DNA from: a virus
Reading direction: 5' to 3' (one strand)
DNA: 51,062 nucleotides
IMG/VR virus record: IMGVR_UViG_3300015192_000001
Location: 1 to 51,062 of that record
Both the position numbers and the translations under genes were made by a program. The notes under the pieces are model-generated. The model did no database searches. It was not told the DNA's origin and worked only from the letters and a program-made list of their open reading frames with translations. Within the stretch, counting starts at the first letter, position 1; each line of letters starts with the position of its first letter. Below are positions 18,785-27,300 of the stretch, piece by piece.

Positions 18785-19633
18785 TTAACCGCCCGAGTTG
18801 ATGGTGAGGTCGTAGGTGTAGGTAACCTGGTCGTTCACGGCGACGTTGATGACCGTGAAAGTCTTGTGGTCGAACATGACCGGACGGATCGTGTAGGCAT
18901 TGGTGTTGGCCGGGGTGACACCTGCGGCGGTGCCGTCGGACACCTTGTACCAAGCCGGAACAGTGAAGATCGAGGTGTCATTCGAGGTGACGAGGCCCCA
19001 GTGCGGAGTCGCGTTGCCGGTGTTCTCAACGATGAACTGTGTGTGCCCACGAACCGAAGCAGACGAGGCGGTGAGCGCAGCGCCCGTGCTTGTACCTGTA
19101 GTCGCGGCGCCAGCAGTGAATGGCGAACCCGTGGTCGCTGTGATGGTTGCGCTTGTCATGAGGCCCCACTCGGTCACTCCACCCGTCTCTGTGCCGGTGA
19201 ACGTCTGCGTACCGACAGTGCGGTACTTCTGAACGTTCGCAGCAGAGATGAGGGACTGTGCACCAGTAGCAGCAGTCTGACCACCAGCAGCACCAAGAGT
19301 CTGGAGCTTGATATCAGTCGCAGCTGCCGCAGTAGCGGAACCGGCGCCGTTACCAGTACCAGAGACGTGGAAGTTCGCGACCTTGAGGGTGTTGATCGGA
19401 CCCGCGGTCGGCCAGAAGGCGTCGTTCGCCAGAGCGAGGACACCGACGTTGGTAACCAGGCCTGAGCCAAGCTCGCGGAAACCCTGCCACTTTCCGTCGT
19501 GGTACAGATCAGCGCGGAGATTTGAGCCAAGCACCAGGCCCCCGGTCATGAGGGCCTCGCCGTCCTTGCGATCGAGGACGATACCGATGCGCACGATACC
19601 GGGGATCTTGATGAAGTATGGCTTGTTGTACAT
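18785..19633 (-). CDS. Hypothetical structural protein, 282 aa (fibre or receptor-binding-like composition)
   Basis: ORF with Thr/Gly/Ala-rich beta-type composition. First gene of the fibre-like block. Confidence 0.65.
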   Translation of the reverse strand: MYNKPYFIKIPGIVRIGIVLDRKDGEALMTGGLVLGSNLRADLYHDGKWQGFRELGSGLVTNVGVLALANDAFWPTAGPINTLKVANFHVSGTGNGAGSATAAAATDIKLQTLGAAGGQTAATGAQSLISAANVQKYRTVGTQTFTGTETGGVTEWGLMTSATITATTGSPFTAGAATTGTSTGAALTASSASVRGHTQFIVENTGNATPHWGLVTSNDTSIFTVPAWYKVSDGTAAGVTPANTNAYTIRPVMFDHKTFTVINVAVNDQVTYTYDLTINSGG

Positions 19634-19675
19634 GCAATCCTTCGTGCCGGGATTTTCTAGATCCCTAGCAACTCT

Positions 19676-20191
19676 TTAAGTTTTTGCCACTTCGTTGGTT
19701 TCGCGCGATGGACTCTGATCTTCAGCGTCCCCCGCATTCCGAGTTTCGCTTTCACTATTGATGTCCTTTGGTTTTGTGAACGCTGCTCCTTGTAGTAATC
19801 TGCGCAATGCTTCTTCGTCGCCACGCCTTGCCTCTGTGTCTGCAAGCTTGGCGTCTGCCAACATGAAGTCGATCATCTCTTTTGTAGAAGGGATCTTGTT
19901 CTTGTTAGCTTTCTGATAGACCTCGAAGAGTCGCTTGGCGTATTCCCGTAGGGAAAGCACCGTGCCATCGAGCTCGAGAGACGCCCCCGAGAACTCGGTC
20001 TGCATGTGTCCGTTCTGTTTATGCCGGTCAAGTGAGGATTTGGATACCTTGATGGGGAGATCGTTCTTCTGTGACCACCAAGTTACGAAGTCCACGACGT
20101 CTCTGAGGGCTAGTCCGGCTCGCCAGACTGCTTCGACTACCCGTCGAGACTTCGCATCTAGCTCGCAAATGGTGCAAATAGGGCTAGGCAT
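19676..20191 (-). CDS. DNA-binding-type protein, 171 aa. Possibly a small terminase subunit, but not adjacent to terL.
   Basis: N-terminal C-x2-C (ICTICE), an HTH-like segment (VSKSSLDRHKQNGH) and an acidic tail. The function call is weak. Confidence 0.35.
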   Translation of the reverse strand: MPSPICTICELDAKSRRVVEAVWRAGLALRDVVDFVTWWSQKNDLPIKVSKSSLDRHKQNGHMQTEFSGASLELDGTVLSLREYAKRLFEVYQKANKNKIPSTKEMIDFMLADAKLADTEARRGDEEALRRLLQGAAFTKPKDINSESETRNAGDAEDQSPSRETNEVAKT

Positions 20192-20618
20192 GTGGGTGTA
20201 CGAAGCCTTTTGGCTCGTAAATGTGGTCTGTTAGGCAGTAGATTTCGTCGTTTTGGGCGTGTTTTTGGTCACTTTTGGCCCTAAAACGGATGCGATAGGG
20301 CGTGGCGTACGTCTTTCCGGTGTCACAAATGCATCGGAACCCAAAATCGGGGCTGAGAGAACGGCCACAGAGACAGTTCTTGCACTGTGAGCACATCGTG
20401 TGGCCACGATCTGCGTGCGACTGGTTCTGTTGGCGCTTTCTCTCAGCCCAAAAGTACAGTTCCGAGGTGAAAAGACCTCCGCCGAGGTCGTTGTCCTCGC
20501 CCTGAAGGTGTTCCCAGGGCGATCGGAGCGTGGTTTGGTTCAACTTTTCTCCCGAAGTGTGCTCACGAGCCAGCGTGCGTATGCGTCGGCGCCCCGTTCG
20601 TTGGGGTCTGCCTTCCAT
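20184..20618 (-). CDS. Hypothetical Cys-rich protein. The start is uncertain (ATG at 20396 is also possible).
   Basis: Track ORF overlaps the upstream gene by 79 nt. The C-terminal part, MCSQCKNCLCGRSLSPDFGFRCICDTGK, looks genuine. Confidence 0.4.
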   Translation of the reverse strand: MEGRPQRTGRRRIRTLAREHTSGEKLNQTTLRSPWEHLQGEDNDLGGGLFTSELYFWAERKRQQNQSHADRGHTMCSQCKNCLCGRSLSPDFGFRCICDTGKTYATPYRIRFRAKSDQKHAQNDEIYCLTDHIYEPKGFVHPHA

Positions 20619-20971
20619 TGCTTCCTGGTGACTGGTCGTTTCATGCTCAATGTGCCGTTGATGAATTGGCGATAGTGCCCGAGCTCATGACAAAGGCTGA
20701 AGAAGGAGTCGTGCTTGGCAGCCTTTGCGAATGCATACCTTGCGCACGGACTCGAGTCGACAAATACGGTGATGCGATTCGGGCGGTGGTACATCGCGGT
20801 GGTGACGCCGTACTTGGCGCGATTGCGGCTGATCATTTCTGAGTATTGCCAGCGTCGTTGGGCTAGCCCGATGACGTTGAGTGTTCCTTTGAAGCCTGCT
20901 ACACGGGCGGCTCGGCGCCAGAGGCGCTCTCCACCCGGTAGCCGCTCACTACAGTGACGGCGGATCTCCAT
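20540..20971 (-). CDS. Small HExxH zinc-metallopeptidase-like protein, 143 aa
   Basis: Motif LCHELGHY in a 143-aa ORF (ImmA/IrrE- or SprT-like size class). Confidence 0.5.
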   Translation of the reverse strand: MEIRRHCSERLPGGERLWRRAARVAGFKGTLNVIGLAQRRWQYSEMISRNRAKYGVTTAMYHRPNRITVFVDSSPCARYAFAKAAKHDSFFSLCHELGHYRQFINGTLSMKRPVTRKQWKADPNERGADAYARWLVSTLREKS

Positions 20972-21060
20972 GATGATTTCTCAATCGCTTTTTTCCAGTA
21001 GAGGAACGCTGGGGGGATTGCTCCCCCCGCACCCCACCGTCTAAGCAGTGGGGGTTGTGC

Positions 21061-21570
21061 CTAGCCGCTGTAGTCGACTGAGGCGCCGTTGATCGAGAGA
21101 ACAGACGTCGCGGCCTCGTTCATCGTGAGGGCGAGGAAGAGCGCGTCGGTGTCGGCTGTCGCAGCCGGGGCGGTAACCGTGAAGGTCGCGATGTAGTCGC
21201 CGATGGCAGTACCAACGGCGTTGGTGCCAACAAAGGTGAGCGTGCCTGCGATGGTCGCCGTGGTGACAGCTCCAGTCGTGGCATTGATGGTCTGCTTGTT
21301 CAGGGTCGCCGTTGGGGCACCAGTCAAGCCTGCTGTCGCGACGGAATAGGCAACGGAGACGGACGCGATGCGACCATCTTCAAAGCCAGCATCGATCGGC
21401 TGCTTGGGAACCGGAATGTTCACGACAGAAACGGTGGCCGCGGCAGCCTTGGTGAGCTTGGCGGTACCACCAGTAATGGTGAGGGCTGCGACGCCCGTCA
21501 CGGAGTTGGCGGCGGTCAGACCGAGGTCCAGGACAGAGAGGTTTCGCTTGCGGGTACGGCTATTAGCCAA
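21061..21570 (-). CDS. Hypothetical protein, 169 aa, Ala/Thr/Gly-rich (decoration or Ig-like composition)
   Basis: ORF followed by a GGGGGGA-GCAA-TCCCCCC hairpin at about 21014..21031. Confidence 0.6.
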   Translation of the reverse strand: MANSRTRKRNLSVLDLGLTAANSVTGVAALTITGGTAKLTKAAAATVSVVNIPVPKQPIDAGFEDGRIASVSVAYSVATAGLTGAPTATLNKQTINATTGAVTTATIAGTLTFVGTNAVGTAIGDYIATFTVTAPAATADTDALFLALTMNEAATSVLSINGASVDYSG

Positions 21571-21586
21571 TGAAGTCTCCTATTTC

Positions 21587-21769
21587 CTAACGCTGAATGG
21601 GGCCGGTAGTTGGCTTGGTCGTCTTGACCTTGGGCGGGGTATAGGGCGAGATGTCGTCGGTGTCGCTAAAGGACGGACCACCCGTGTAGGGCATGCTCCC
21701 CGAGGCGAGCGGCATGCCTGCCAGCTGGGACTCCCCATTTGGGTCGTCCGAGATCTTGACGGTATCCAT
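21587..21769 (-). CDS. Small protein, 60 aa. Its C-terminus is shared with the upstream 55-aa ORF.
   Basis: TAATG coupling. C-terminus is PKVKTTKPTTGPIQR. Confidence 0.5.
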   Translation of the reverse strand: MDTVKISDDPNGESQLAGMPLASGSMPYTGGPSFSDTDDISPYTPPKVKTTKPTTGPIQR

Positions 21770-21936
21770 TAGCGATTCACGACGCCAGTGGATGGCTTGC
21801 TCGTCTTGACGGACGTAGTGCGGGCGACTTTCATGATGCCGCTGTTGTCACTCGGCTTGGACGACTTATGAGTCTGCCCGCCGGCCGACTTGTCGGAACC
21901 AGAGTTAGGGACGCTTGCGGTCGATCGGCTGTGCAT
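21769..21936 (-). CDS. Small protein, 55 aa (below the track cutoff)
   Basis: Hand translation: MHSRSTASVPNSGSDKSAGGQTHKSSKPSDNSGIMKVARTTSVKTSKPSTGVVNR*. Its stop overlaps the next ATG (TAATG). Confidence 0.45.
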   Translation of the reverse strand: MHSRSTASVPNSGSDKSAGGQTHKSSKPSDNSGIMKVARTTSVKTSKPSTGVVNR

Positions 21937-21960
21937 GTGTCTCCAGAGGCCTCAGCCTCG

Positions 21961-22257
21961 TCAAATTTTGGGGCGCAGGAGAATCGCGAGGAGTGCGTCT
22001 AGGGTGCCTATCCCCCGGAGTTCATCGTGTGCATCGATGATGTCTTCTTGGGAGATGGGAGGTGCCTCGAGGAAGTCAGTACAGGCGCATCTGTCCACGG
22101 TGCAGGCGCCCGGCCGGTATTGCAGGGCAGAGCCGGTGTCCTTCCAGGCTTGGCCGTGGAGGTAGCGGTAGTGAGGACACCCAGAGCAGAGCTCTGACAG
22201 GATGTCGCGGACTTGATCGTCTGCGCCACGCCAGTCACGCTCGTCTAGGTAACCCAT
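21961..22257 (-). CDS. Cys-rich small protein, 98 aa, using the internal ATG of track ORF 21961..22395
   Basis: MGYLDERDWRGADDQVRDILSELCSGCPHYRYLHGQ...CTVDRCACTDF. GGAG lies 4 nt upstream of the ATG at 22257. The upstream part of the track ORF overlaps the preceding gene. Confidence 0.5.
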   Translation of the reverse strand: MGYLDERDWRGADDQVRDILSELCSGCPHYRYLHGQAWKDTGSALQYRPGACTVDRCACTDFLEAPPISQEDIIDAHDELRGIGTLDALLAILLRPKI

Positions 22258-22339
22258 GGAGCTCCAAGTTGGTTGGGCGCCGGGTAACCCGTGAGGGCCA
22301 GAGCGGCGCCGATCCCGGTTGTGCCTTACGGCTGGGGGA

Positions 22340-22570
22340 CTATTGAGGACCCGGAAGTCCGGGTGGGAGGCCGGCAGGAGCGCCAGGCGGTCCACCTGGG
22401 CCTGCTAGGGCAGCGAGGGCCGCAGCAATGGCTTGGCCGTTCTGGGGCACGTTGACAACGTGGCCGTCCGGACCGTGGGTATGCGGGGGGACTGGCATCG
22501 GTCCTTGGGCTGGACCTGGCATCGGACCGGGCATAGGTCCAGGAGGACCACCCGGAGGCTGGGCCATCAT
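22340..22570 (-). CDS. Pro/Gly-rich small protein, 76 aa. First ORF of the minus arm.
   Basis: ATG preceded by AAGGAG (aacaaggagctgcccATG). Low-complexity PGP repeats. Confidence 0.5.
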   Translation of the reverse strand: MMAQPPGGPPGPMPGPMPGPAQGPMPVPPHTHGPDGHVVNVPQNGQAIAAALAALAGPGGPPGAPAGLPPGLPGPQ

Positions 22571-22597
22571 GGGCAGCTCCTTGTTATCTCGAGGTCG

Positions 22598-22658
22598 CTA
22601 GTTAGCTAGATAGCAGTCGCAGCCGATCAAAGATCGGTACCAGCTAGCTAGCTAGCAG
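22598..22658. repeat. (CTAG)n-rich element: two AGCTAG-N-TAGCAGTC direct repeats flanking a CCGATC-AAA-GATCGG hairpin
   Basis: cgctagttagctagatagcagtcgcagCCGATCaaaGATCGGtaccagctagctagctagcagtc. The gctagctagctagc stretch is palindromic and places TAG in all three frames on both strands. Confidence 0.8.
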
Positions 22659-22706
22659 TCTCTACAAGTAAGGTCACTTGGACCCCCCTTTTATGCATAT
22701 GTCCCG

Positions 22707-22727
22707 CAAAGATTCTTCAAATCTTTG
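22707..22727. promoter_or_regulatory. Perfect 8-bp inverted repeat, CAAAGATT-cttca-AATCTTTG. Operator-like, and overlaps a TTGACA box.
   Basis: Read directly. The 3' half overlaps the TTGACA at 22725..22730. Confidence 0.6.
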
Positions 22728-22753
22728 ACAATCTACCCGATCTGTGCTTCTAT
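22725..22753 (+). promoter_or_regulatory. Candidate rightward promoter: TTGACA, 17-nt spacer, TTCTAT
   Basis: Perfect -35 box and 17-nt spacer, but a weak -10. Confidence 0.35.
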
Positions 22754-23387
22754 GCATGTCCGCATCCCGCGAATGACCGGCCCGTCCCGTATCTTTCGCG
22801 CCCTCGAGATGGGACAGGTTTCCCGGCCGGTATGCATAGTCCCCCGGTGCGCTTGTATCTGTCCCGTATGCATAGCCCAGGCGGGCGTGGGTGATCTTGG
22901 CGGGTAAATAGGTACGTGTAGTGTGCTAGCCGCCCCTAGTGTCGCAGGTTTCTTGGCTCGACCGGGGGTGTGTGTGCTGGCTGAGGAGCAGGCTGGCACC
23001 TACCCGTCCTGGGCACTGTAGCTCCGACAATACACACACCTGACCACACCGGCCCACCTCAGCCTCACACAGGCTGCCTGACCTTTGTCCTCATGACGCC
23101 ACTGGTTGCGGCATCCTGCTTCGGCTTCGGAGAGTCACTCGAGGTGTATATGGCAATCAGGTCCTCGCGTTCCCCCGCGGTCATGACGAGGTTTCTGGTC
23201 GAACAAACTATGTGATTCTGGCGATGACCTGCTCGTCGCCTGCGGGCTCCTCGCTTCACGATAACGGCGGGGGCTTTGCCCCCTACCCCAGCATGACTGT
23301 TCAAGCCACGTTGCAAGCCTCCACGCGGGGTTCACCTGAATATGCCCCTTCGCCCCCATCGAGGGGGCTCAGGGGAACAACACAAAG

Positions 23388-23407
23388 AAATCGCGCTGCG
23401 ATTTTTT
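23388..23407 (+). terminator. Intrinsic-terminator-like hairpin: AAATCGC-gct-GCGATTT followed by TTT
   Basis: 7-bp stem, 3-nt loop and a T-run, inside the ORF-poor control region. Confidence 0.45.
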
Positions 23408-23832
23408 GCGCTCCATAGGTTAACCTCGGGGCCGCTCGCTACGCGGGCTGCTGGCTAAAGCCAGCCCTTCGGGGCTTCGCCAGCCCGCTGGGCTCACTAG
23501 TTCACCGGTCAAGCACTCAGGTCGCCACTCGGCCACAAAGTGGCAGCAAGTTGCTTGAGCGTCATGTCGCTTCGCTCCACGGCGTCTCGGCTCGGGATGA
23601 CCCCCGCACACCTCATGACGATTCAGCTATGGGGCCAGCCCTCTAGCCGAGCCACCTTGTGCGCCCAACTTCCTACCGCTTTGTAACCTCGCCGTCGACC
23701 TGAGAACTTGACCTGGCCATGCAGCCAGCGCAAGCGCTGTCTTCTGGCCTGCCCTTCCCCTTCGTTGCGTCTAGCATATGGGTTCAAAGAATCCATGTGG
23801 GGGCTTCGCCCCCACCGCGAAGGAGAACGACC

Positions 23833-24108
23833 GTGGACGAGTACATCGAGCTGACCCCAGCAGTCATCGACCTCATGGAGGCTGGCGACTTCGCGGCCAT
23901 CGACGCCATGTTCGACAACACGCCTACCACACCCGGGGGCCTCAGCGACGCCTACCCAGACTACGAGCCGCTCGACAACCCGTTCTCACCAAAGGACGGG
24001 CACCGCTACATCCCCGACACCGGCTACGTACTCGACACCAGCGGCGAGGCCTGCGTCGTGTGCGCCGGATGGCCCGAAGAACACAAGCATTTCGCGGAGG
24101 TGAAGTAA
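23833..24108 (+). CDS. Hypothetical protein, 91 aa. First gene of the plus arm.
   Basis: GTG 7 nt after GAAGGAG. The track ORF 23719..24108 has an implausible N-terminal extension. Confidence 0.6.
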   Translation: MDEYIELTPAVIDLMEAGDFAAIDAMFDNTPTTPGGLSDAYPDYEPLDNPFSPKDGHRYIPDTGYVLDTSGEACVVCAGWPEEHKHFAEVK

Positions 24109-24530
24109 TGACGGTCCGCAACCTCAACAGCGAGAACGACGAGGTACTCACACTCCCCAACGACCTCAATGGCCTTGAGCGCATCTGCCGCAACTACCAC
24201 GCACGGCAGACAGTCGCCACCTACGAAATGACGCCAATCTTCACACCCGGTGATGGATGGCTCTGCGAATCCTGCGAAATCGAAACGTGGGTCCCCTACG
24301 GAGTCACACACACACATGGCCACAGAGCCATCTCCGTCCCCCCCACCGCCACAACTACTTTTCAGTACAAGTCGCACTCACTCGCGCGCTTCGGAGACAC
24401 CACAGCCTGCATTTCATGCGGCGCTGATGACAGATCCGACCTGTTCGAGTTCAAGCTCGATTGCGACACCCGCGCGGTTCGCATCTACCGATCGACCAAT
24501 GGCTCAGGACTCCGACGGGGTGTGGCGTGA
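24108..24530 (+). CDS. Hypothetical protein, 140 aa, with CxxC pairs
   Basis: TAATG coupling with GGAGGTGAAG as SD. Corresponds to the C-terminal part of track ORF 23778..24530. Confidence 0.65.
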   Translation: MTVRNLNSENDEVLTLPNDLNGLERICRNYHARQTVATYEMTPIFTPGDGWLCESCEIETWVPYGVTHTHGHRAISVPPTATTTFQYKSHSLARFGDTTACISCGADDRSDLFEFKLDCDTRAVRIYRSTNGSGLRRGVA

Positions 24531-24697
24531 TCGGCGCCGTTGACCCCACGGTGCGTGGATCACGGGTTCCGGCCGACTCCACCCCCGCACGGCTGCGCCC
24601 AGAGGGCGCACCGGCCGCAAGCGGCCTGCCGCACGTGGGCCCCGGAGCTCGGTCGGCGTCAGGAGAAGTAAGCAAGAAAGTGGAAGGAAACACTGAA

Positions 24698-26251
24698 ATG
24701 CCGCAAACAATCTCGTTTTGGTCGCGGGATGCCAAATGGTCTGGCCTTAGCAACTTCGCGCCAGTGACCATCGAGCACAACGGCACCATCTACCGCAGCC
24801 TTGAGCACGCCTACCTCGCATCACGCGTGGCAATCGAGCACGCTGCAGACATCGCAGCAGCGCCTACCGCACGCGATGCGAAGATCATGATGCGCGACCT
24901 ACCGCGCAACCCGCAGCCGCCGAACAAGATCACCACCATGAAAACACTGCTGCTCAAGAAATTCGCACTGGAGCCGTACCGCACGCTCCTGCTCAGCACA
25001 GGCGATACATACCTGTCCCACTACGCGCCATGGGACAGCTTCTGGGGCACAGGCAAAGATGGCAAAGGCGAGAACCGCCTCGGCCACATGCTCATGAACG
25101 TCAGGAGCGAGATCAATCCCGAAACAACCAAACCCACCGCATCAACAGATGCCACAACAAGTATTGCACTCGTAGGCTCGCGTGCGTTCGGAAAGGACCC
25201 GGCCCTGCTCAACGGCAAGGCAGCATGGACCCTCCTGACACGCATCTTCACAGGCATCGAGAAGCGGTACAGCCTCGTGAACATCGTCTCAGGTGGCGCC
25301 AACGGCGTCGACAAGATGGGCGTGTTCATGGCCAAGGATCGTGGACACACCACCACCGTCTTCCCAGCCGACTGGGACCGCCTCGGCAAGAGCGCTGGCT
25401 ACGCTCGCAACGTCACCATCGTCGAGAACTCAGACATGGTCGTAGCCATCATGGACCCCGGCTCCAAGGGCACCAGGCACACCGTCCACCTCGCTATGGA
25501 CGCACGGCTGCCCCTGCGGATCTTCAGCGCCATCGATGGCAGCGAGTACAAGTCGTGCCCCTGCGATGACAAGATCACGCACGACCGTATCAAGGCCGAG
25601 CAAACCTACCAGACAGTATCCATCGCAGGCACAGACGTCCTGATGGAAGGCGATGACGCCCGCATCCACCGCTACGACAAGCCGTACATCGATCCCGAGA
25701 CTGGTGACTTCATCGAGCCAGATGACAGCCTGCTCGGCATCGAGGTCGATGGCAACTGCCAGACCTGCGGCCGTGAGATGCCAGAGGGTGAGTGCGGCAA
25801 GTGCGCCACCGAGGTCTACGGCTTCCTCCCGGGGGACAACGCCCCAGTGGAAACGCCACAGGACCACCCAGACGTCACTGGCCACAACTACTTCATCAAG
25901 CCAGCCAAGGTGGAGTGGCAGCCAAACCCGTTCTCACGCGGCACGTTCTACAAGATCGTGAACGGTCACCGCATGTACACCGTAGACCAGGTGACCAAGG
26001 CTCGCTTCACCAAAGAGGACCTTGAGGCACAAACGATCCGCCTCAACGCTATCCCAGCAGGCGCCTTCAGCTTCGATGTCATCGCAAAGAACGCCATCAC
26101 GCGCAAGTTCCCAGTGATGCCGTTCGCACACGCAAGCCCGTTCGCCAAGGCGCAGCGCAACACGATCGTCAATCCGCCGCTTCCCCAGCTCCCGGCCACC
26201 ATGGTCGAGATGAGCAAGAAGATCGCTGACAACGCTCGGCTTTACCGCTAA
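24698..26251 (+). CDS. Three-part fusion protein, 517 aa: NADAR (YbiA-like), SLOG/DUF2493-like, and an unknown C-terminal domain with a zinc ribbon
   Basis: ATG after GGAAGGA. NADAR motifs: LSNFAPVTIEHNGTIYRSLEHAY and FWGTGKDGKGENRLGHMLM. SLOG/DUF2493 motifs: SGGANGVDKMG, FPADWDRLGKSAGYARN and GSKGTRHTV. CTD contains CQTCG...CGKC. Confidence 0.75.
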   Translation: MPQTISFWSRDAKWSGLSNFAPVTIEHNGTIYRSLEHAYLASRVAIEHAADIAAAPTARDAKIMMRDLPRNPQPPNKITTMKTLLLKKFALEPYRTLLLSTGDTYLSHYAPWDSFWGTGKDGKGENRLGHMLMNVRSEINPETTKPTASTDATTSIALVGSRAFGKDPALLNGKAAWTLLTRIFTGIEKRYSLVNIVSGGANGVDKMGVFMAKDRGHTTTVFPADWDRLGKSAGYARNVTIVENSDMVVAIMDPGSKGTRHTVHLAMDARLPLRIFSAIDGSEYKSCPCDDKITHDRIKAEQTYQTVSIAGTDVLMEGDDARIHRYDKPYIDPETGDFIEPDDSLLGIEVDGNCQTCGREMPEGECGKCATEVYGFLPGDNAPVETPQDHPDVTGHNYFIKPAKVEWQPNPFSRGTFYKIVNGHRMYTVDQVTKARFTKEDLEAQTIRLNAIPAGAFSFDVIAKNAITRKFPVMPFAHASPFAKAQRNTIVNPPLPQLPATMVEMSKKIADNARLYR

Positions 26252-26340
26252 TGAAGGTAGAAACCCTAGCAATCAGCACCTTCACAAGCGCGCTTCTCTG
26301 GATTGCCATGATCGCAATCCTTCGCACACTTGCGCAATAA
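26251..26340 (+). CDS. Small hydrophobic peptide, 29 aa (below the track cutoff)
   Basis: TAATG coupling to the NADAR-SLOG gene. Sequence MKVETLAISTFTSALLWIAMIAILRTLAQ*. Followed by an ACCGCC...GGCGGT hairpin. Confidence 0.4.
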   Translation: MKVETLAISTFTSALLWIAMIAILRTLAQ

Positions 26341-26379
26341 CAGGACCGCCCTGTCTCAGGCGGTAGAAAGAGGCCCAGC

Positions 26380-26760
26380 ATGTCCACCATCGCAAAGTTG
26401 ACCCTCATCGGTCACCTTGGTAACAACGCAGAGCTCCGCAACGTCGGCCCCGCAGACAACCTCCGCGCAGTCCTGAACTTCAGCGTCGCGACCCAGAACC
26501 GCAAGGACCAGCCCACGCTCTGGACACGGTGCTCCCTCTGGGGCAACCGCGCCGAATCCCTCGCGCAGTACATGACGAAGGGCACGCTCGTCATGGTCGA
26601 TGCCATCCCGCTGCCCCCGAAGGTCTTCCGTCGTGCCGACGGGACCTACGACACTTCCCTCGAGGCCATCGCGAACGACGTCGTACTGCTCAGCAGCCAG
26701 AACACCATCGAGCCCAGTGCTGCGGCAGTTGAGGTGACGGAGGTCGCGATCCCGTTCTAA
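26380..26760 (+). CDS. ssb: Single-stranded DNA-binding protein, 126 aa
   Basis: OB-fold SSB pattern (KLTLIGHLGNNAELR..., LWTRCSLWGNRAE, KGTLVMVDA) and a C-terminal ...EVAIPF tip. Confidence 0.8.
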   Translation: MSTIAKLTLIGHLGNNAELRNVGPADNLRAVLNFSVATQNRKDQPTLWTRCSLWGNRAESLAQYMTKGTLVMVDAIPLPPKVFRRADGTYDTSLEAIANDVVLLSSQNTIEPSAAAVEVTEVAIPF

Positions 26761-27300
26761 CCAAACTGCCCGGACCAAGATGAGCCACCGGGCACCCGCT
26801 TCGTGGAAGCGGGAAGTCCTACGTCGGGTGGGCCTCCTTCCCCTATCTGCCGCAGGACCTCCCGCTTCTACGTGAGGTGAACACATGCGATGACCTGAAT
26901 AGCGATCCAGTACAACGCTTGACACAGAATTCCTAAGACCCCACAGGGGTCTGCCGCCCGGTCACAGGCAAGCGAAGCCCCCGGTAATGTCGGGTTCGGG
27001 CCTCTCCTGCGTCCTACTCCAGAGCCGTTAGAACAGCCGGTATCCCCATAGGGACGAGGTAAAACTCGCTATCCGGCAAAGGTGTGTCCGCGACCGTAAT
27101 GGACGGACGAGCCGCTGACCATATGGGCTCATCAACCAAGTGGTCTCCCCGCTGCTCGGATTCAGCAGCAGTAATGAGCTCCGACTTGCAGGGCTCGCCC
27201 AACTCCCGGGTTGGGCTCGTGGTTTCAGAAGCAGATTGTACTGCTGGTGAAGCCACGAGCCTAGCCCAGGCGCCACCGGCACGCCATCGCCGGACCAACT

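Larger units (their letters stand above)
22692..22873. repeat. Dispersed repeats: TATGCAT x4 and GTCCCG(TAT) x3-4. Candidate operator or iteron sites.
   Basis: TATGCAT at 22692, 22751, 22831 and 22867. GTCCCGTAT at 22784 and 22861. GTCCCG at 22701. Confidence 0.7.

Noticed and set aside
19676-20191. A confident small-terminase call for the 171-aa CxxC/HTH-like protein.
   Set aside because: The gene is separated from terL by four structural-looking genes, and I can point to no diagnostic motif. It is retained only as a low-confidence possibility.
21014-21031. The GGGGGGA-gcaa-TCCCCCC hairpin after gene 21061..21570 as a firm intrinsic terminator.
   Set aside because: No U-tract follows on the minus strand. 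It may be a stability or processing hairpin, so it is not listed as a terminator feature.
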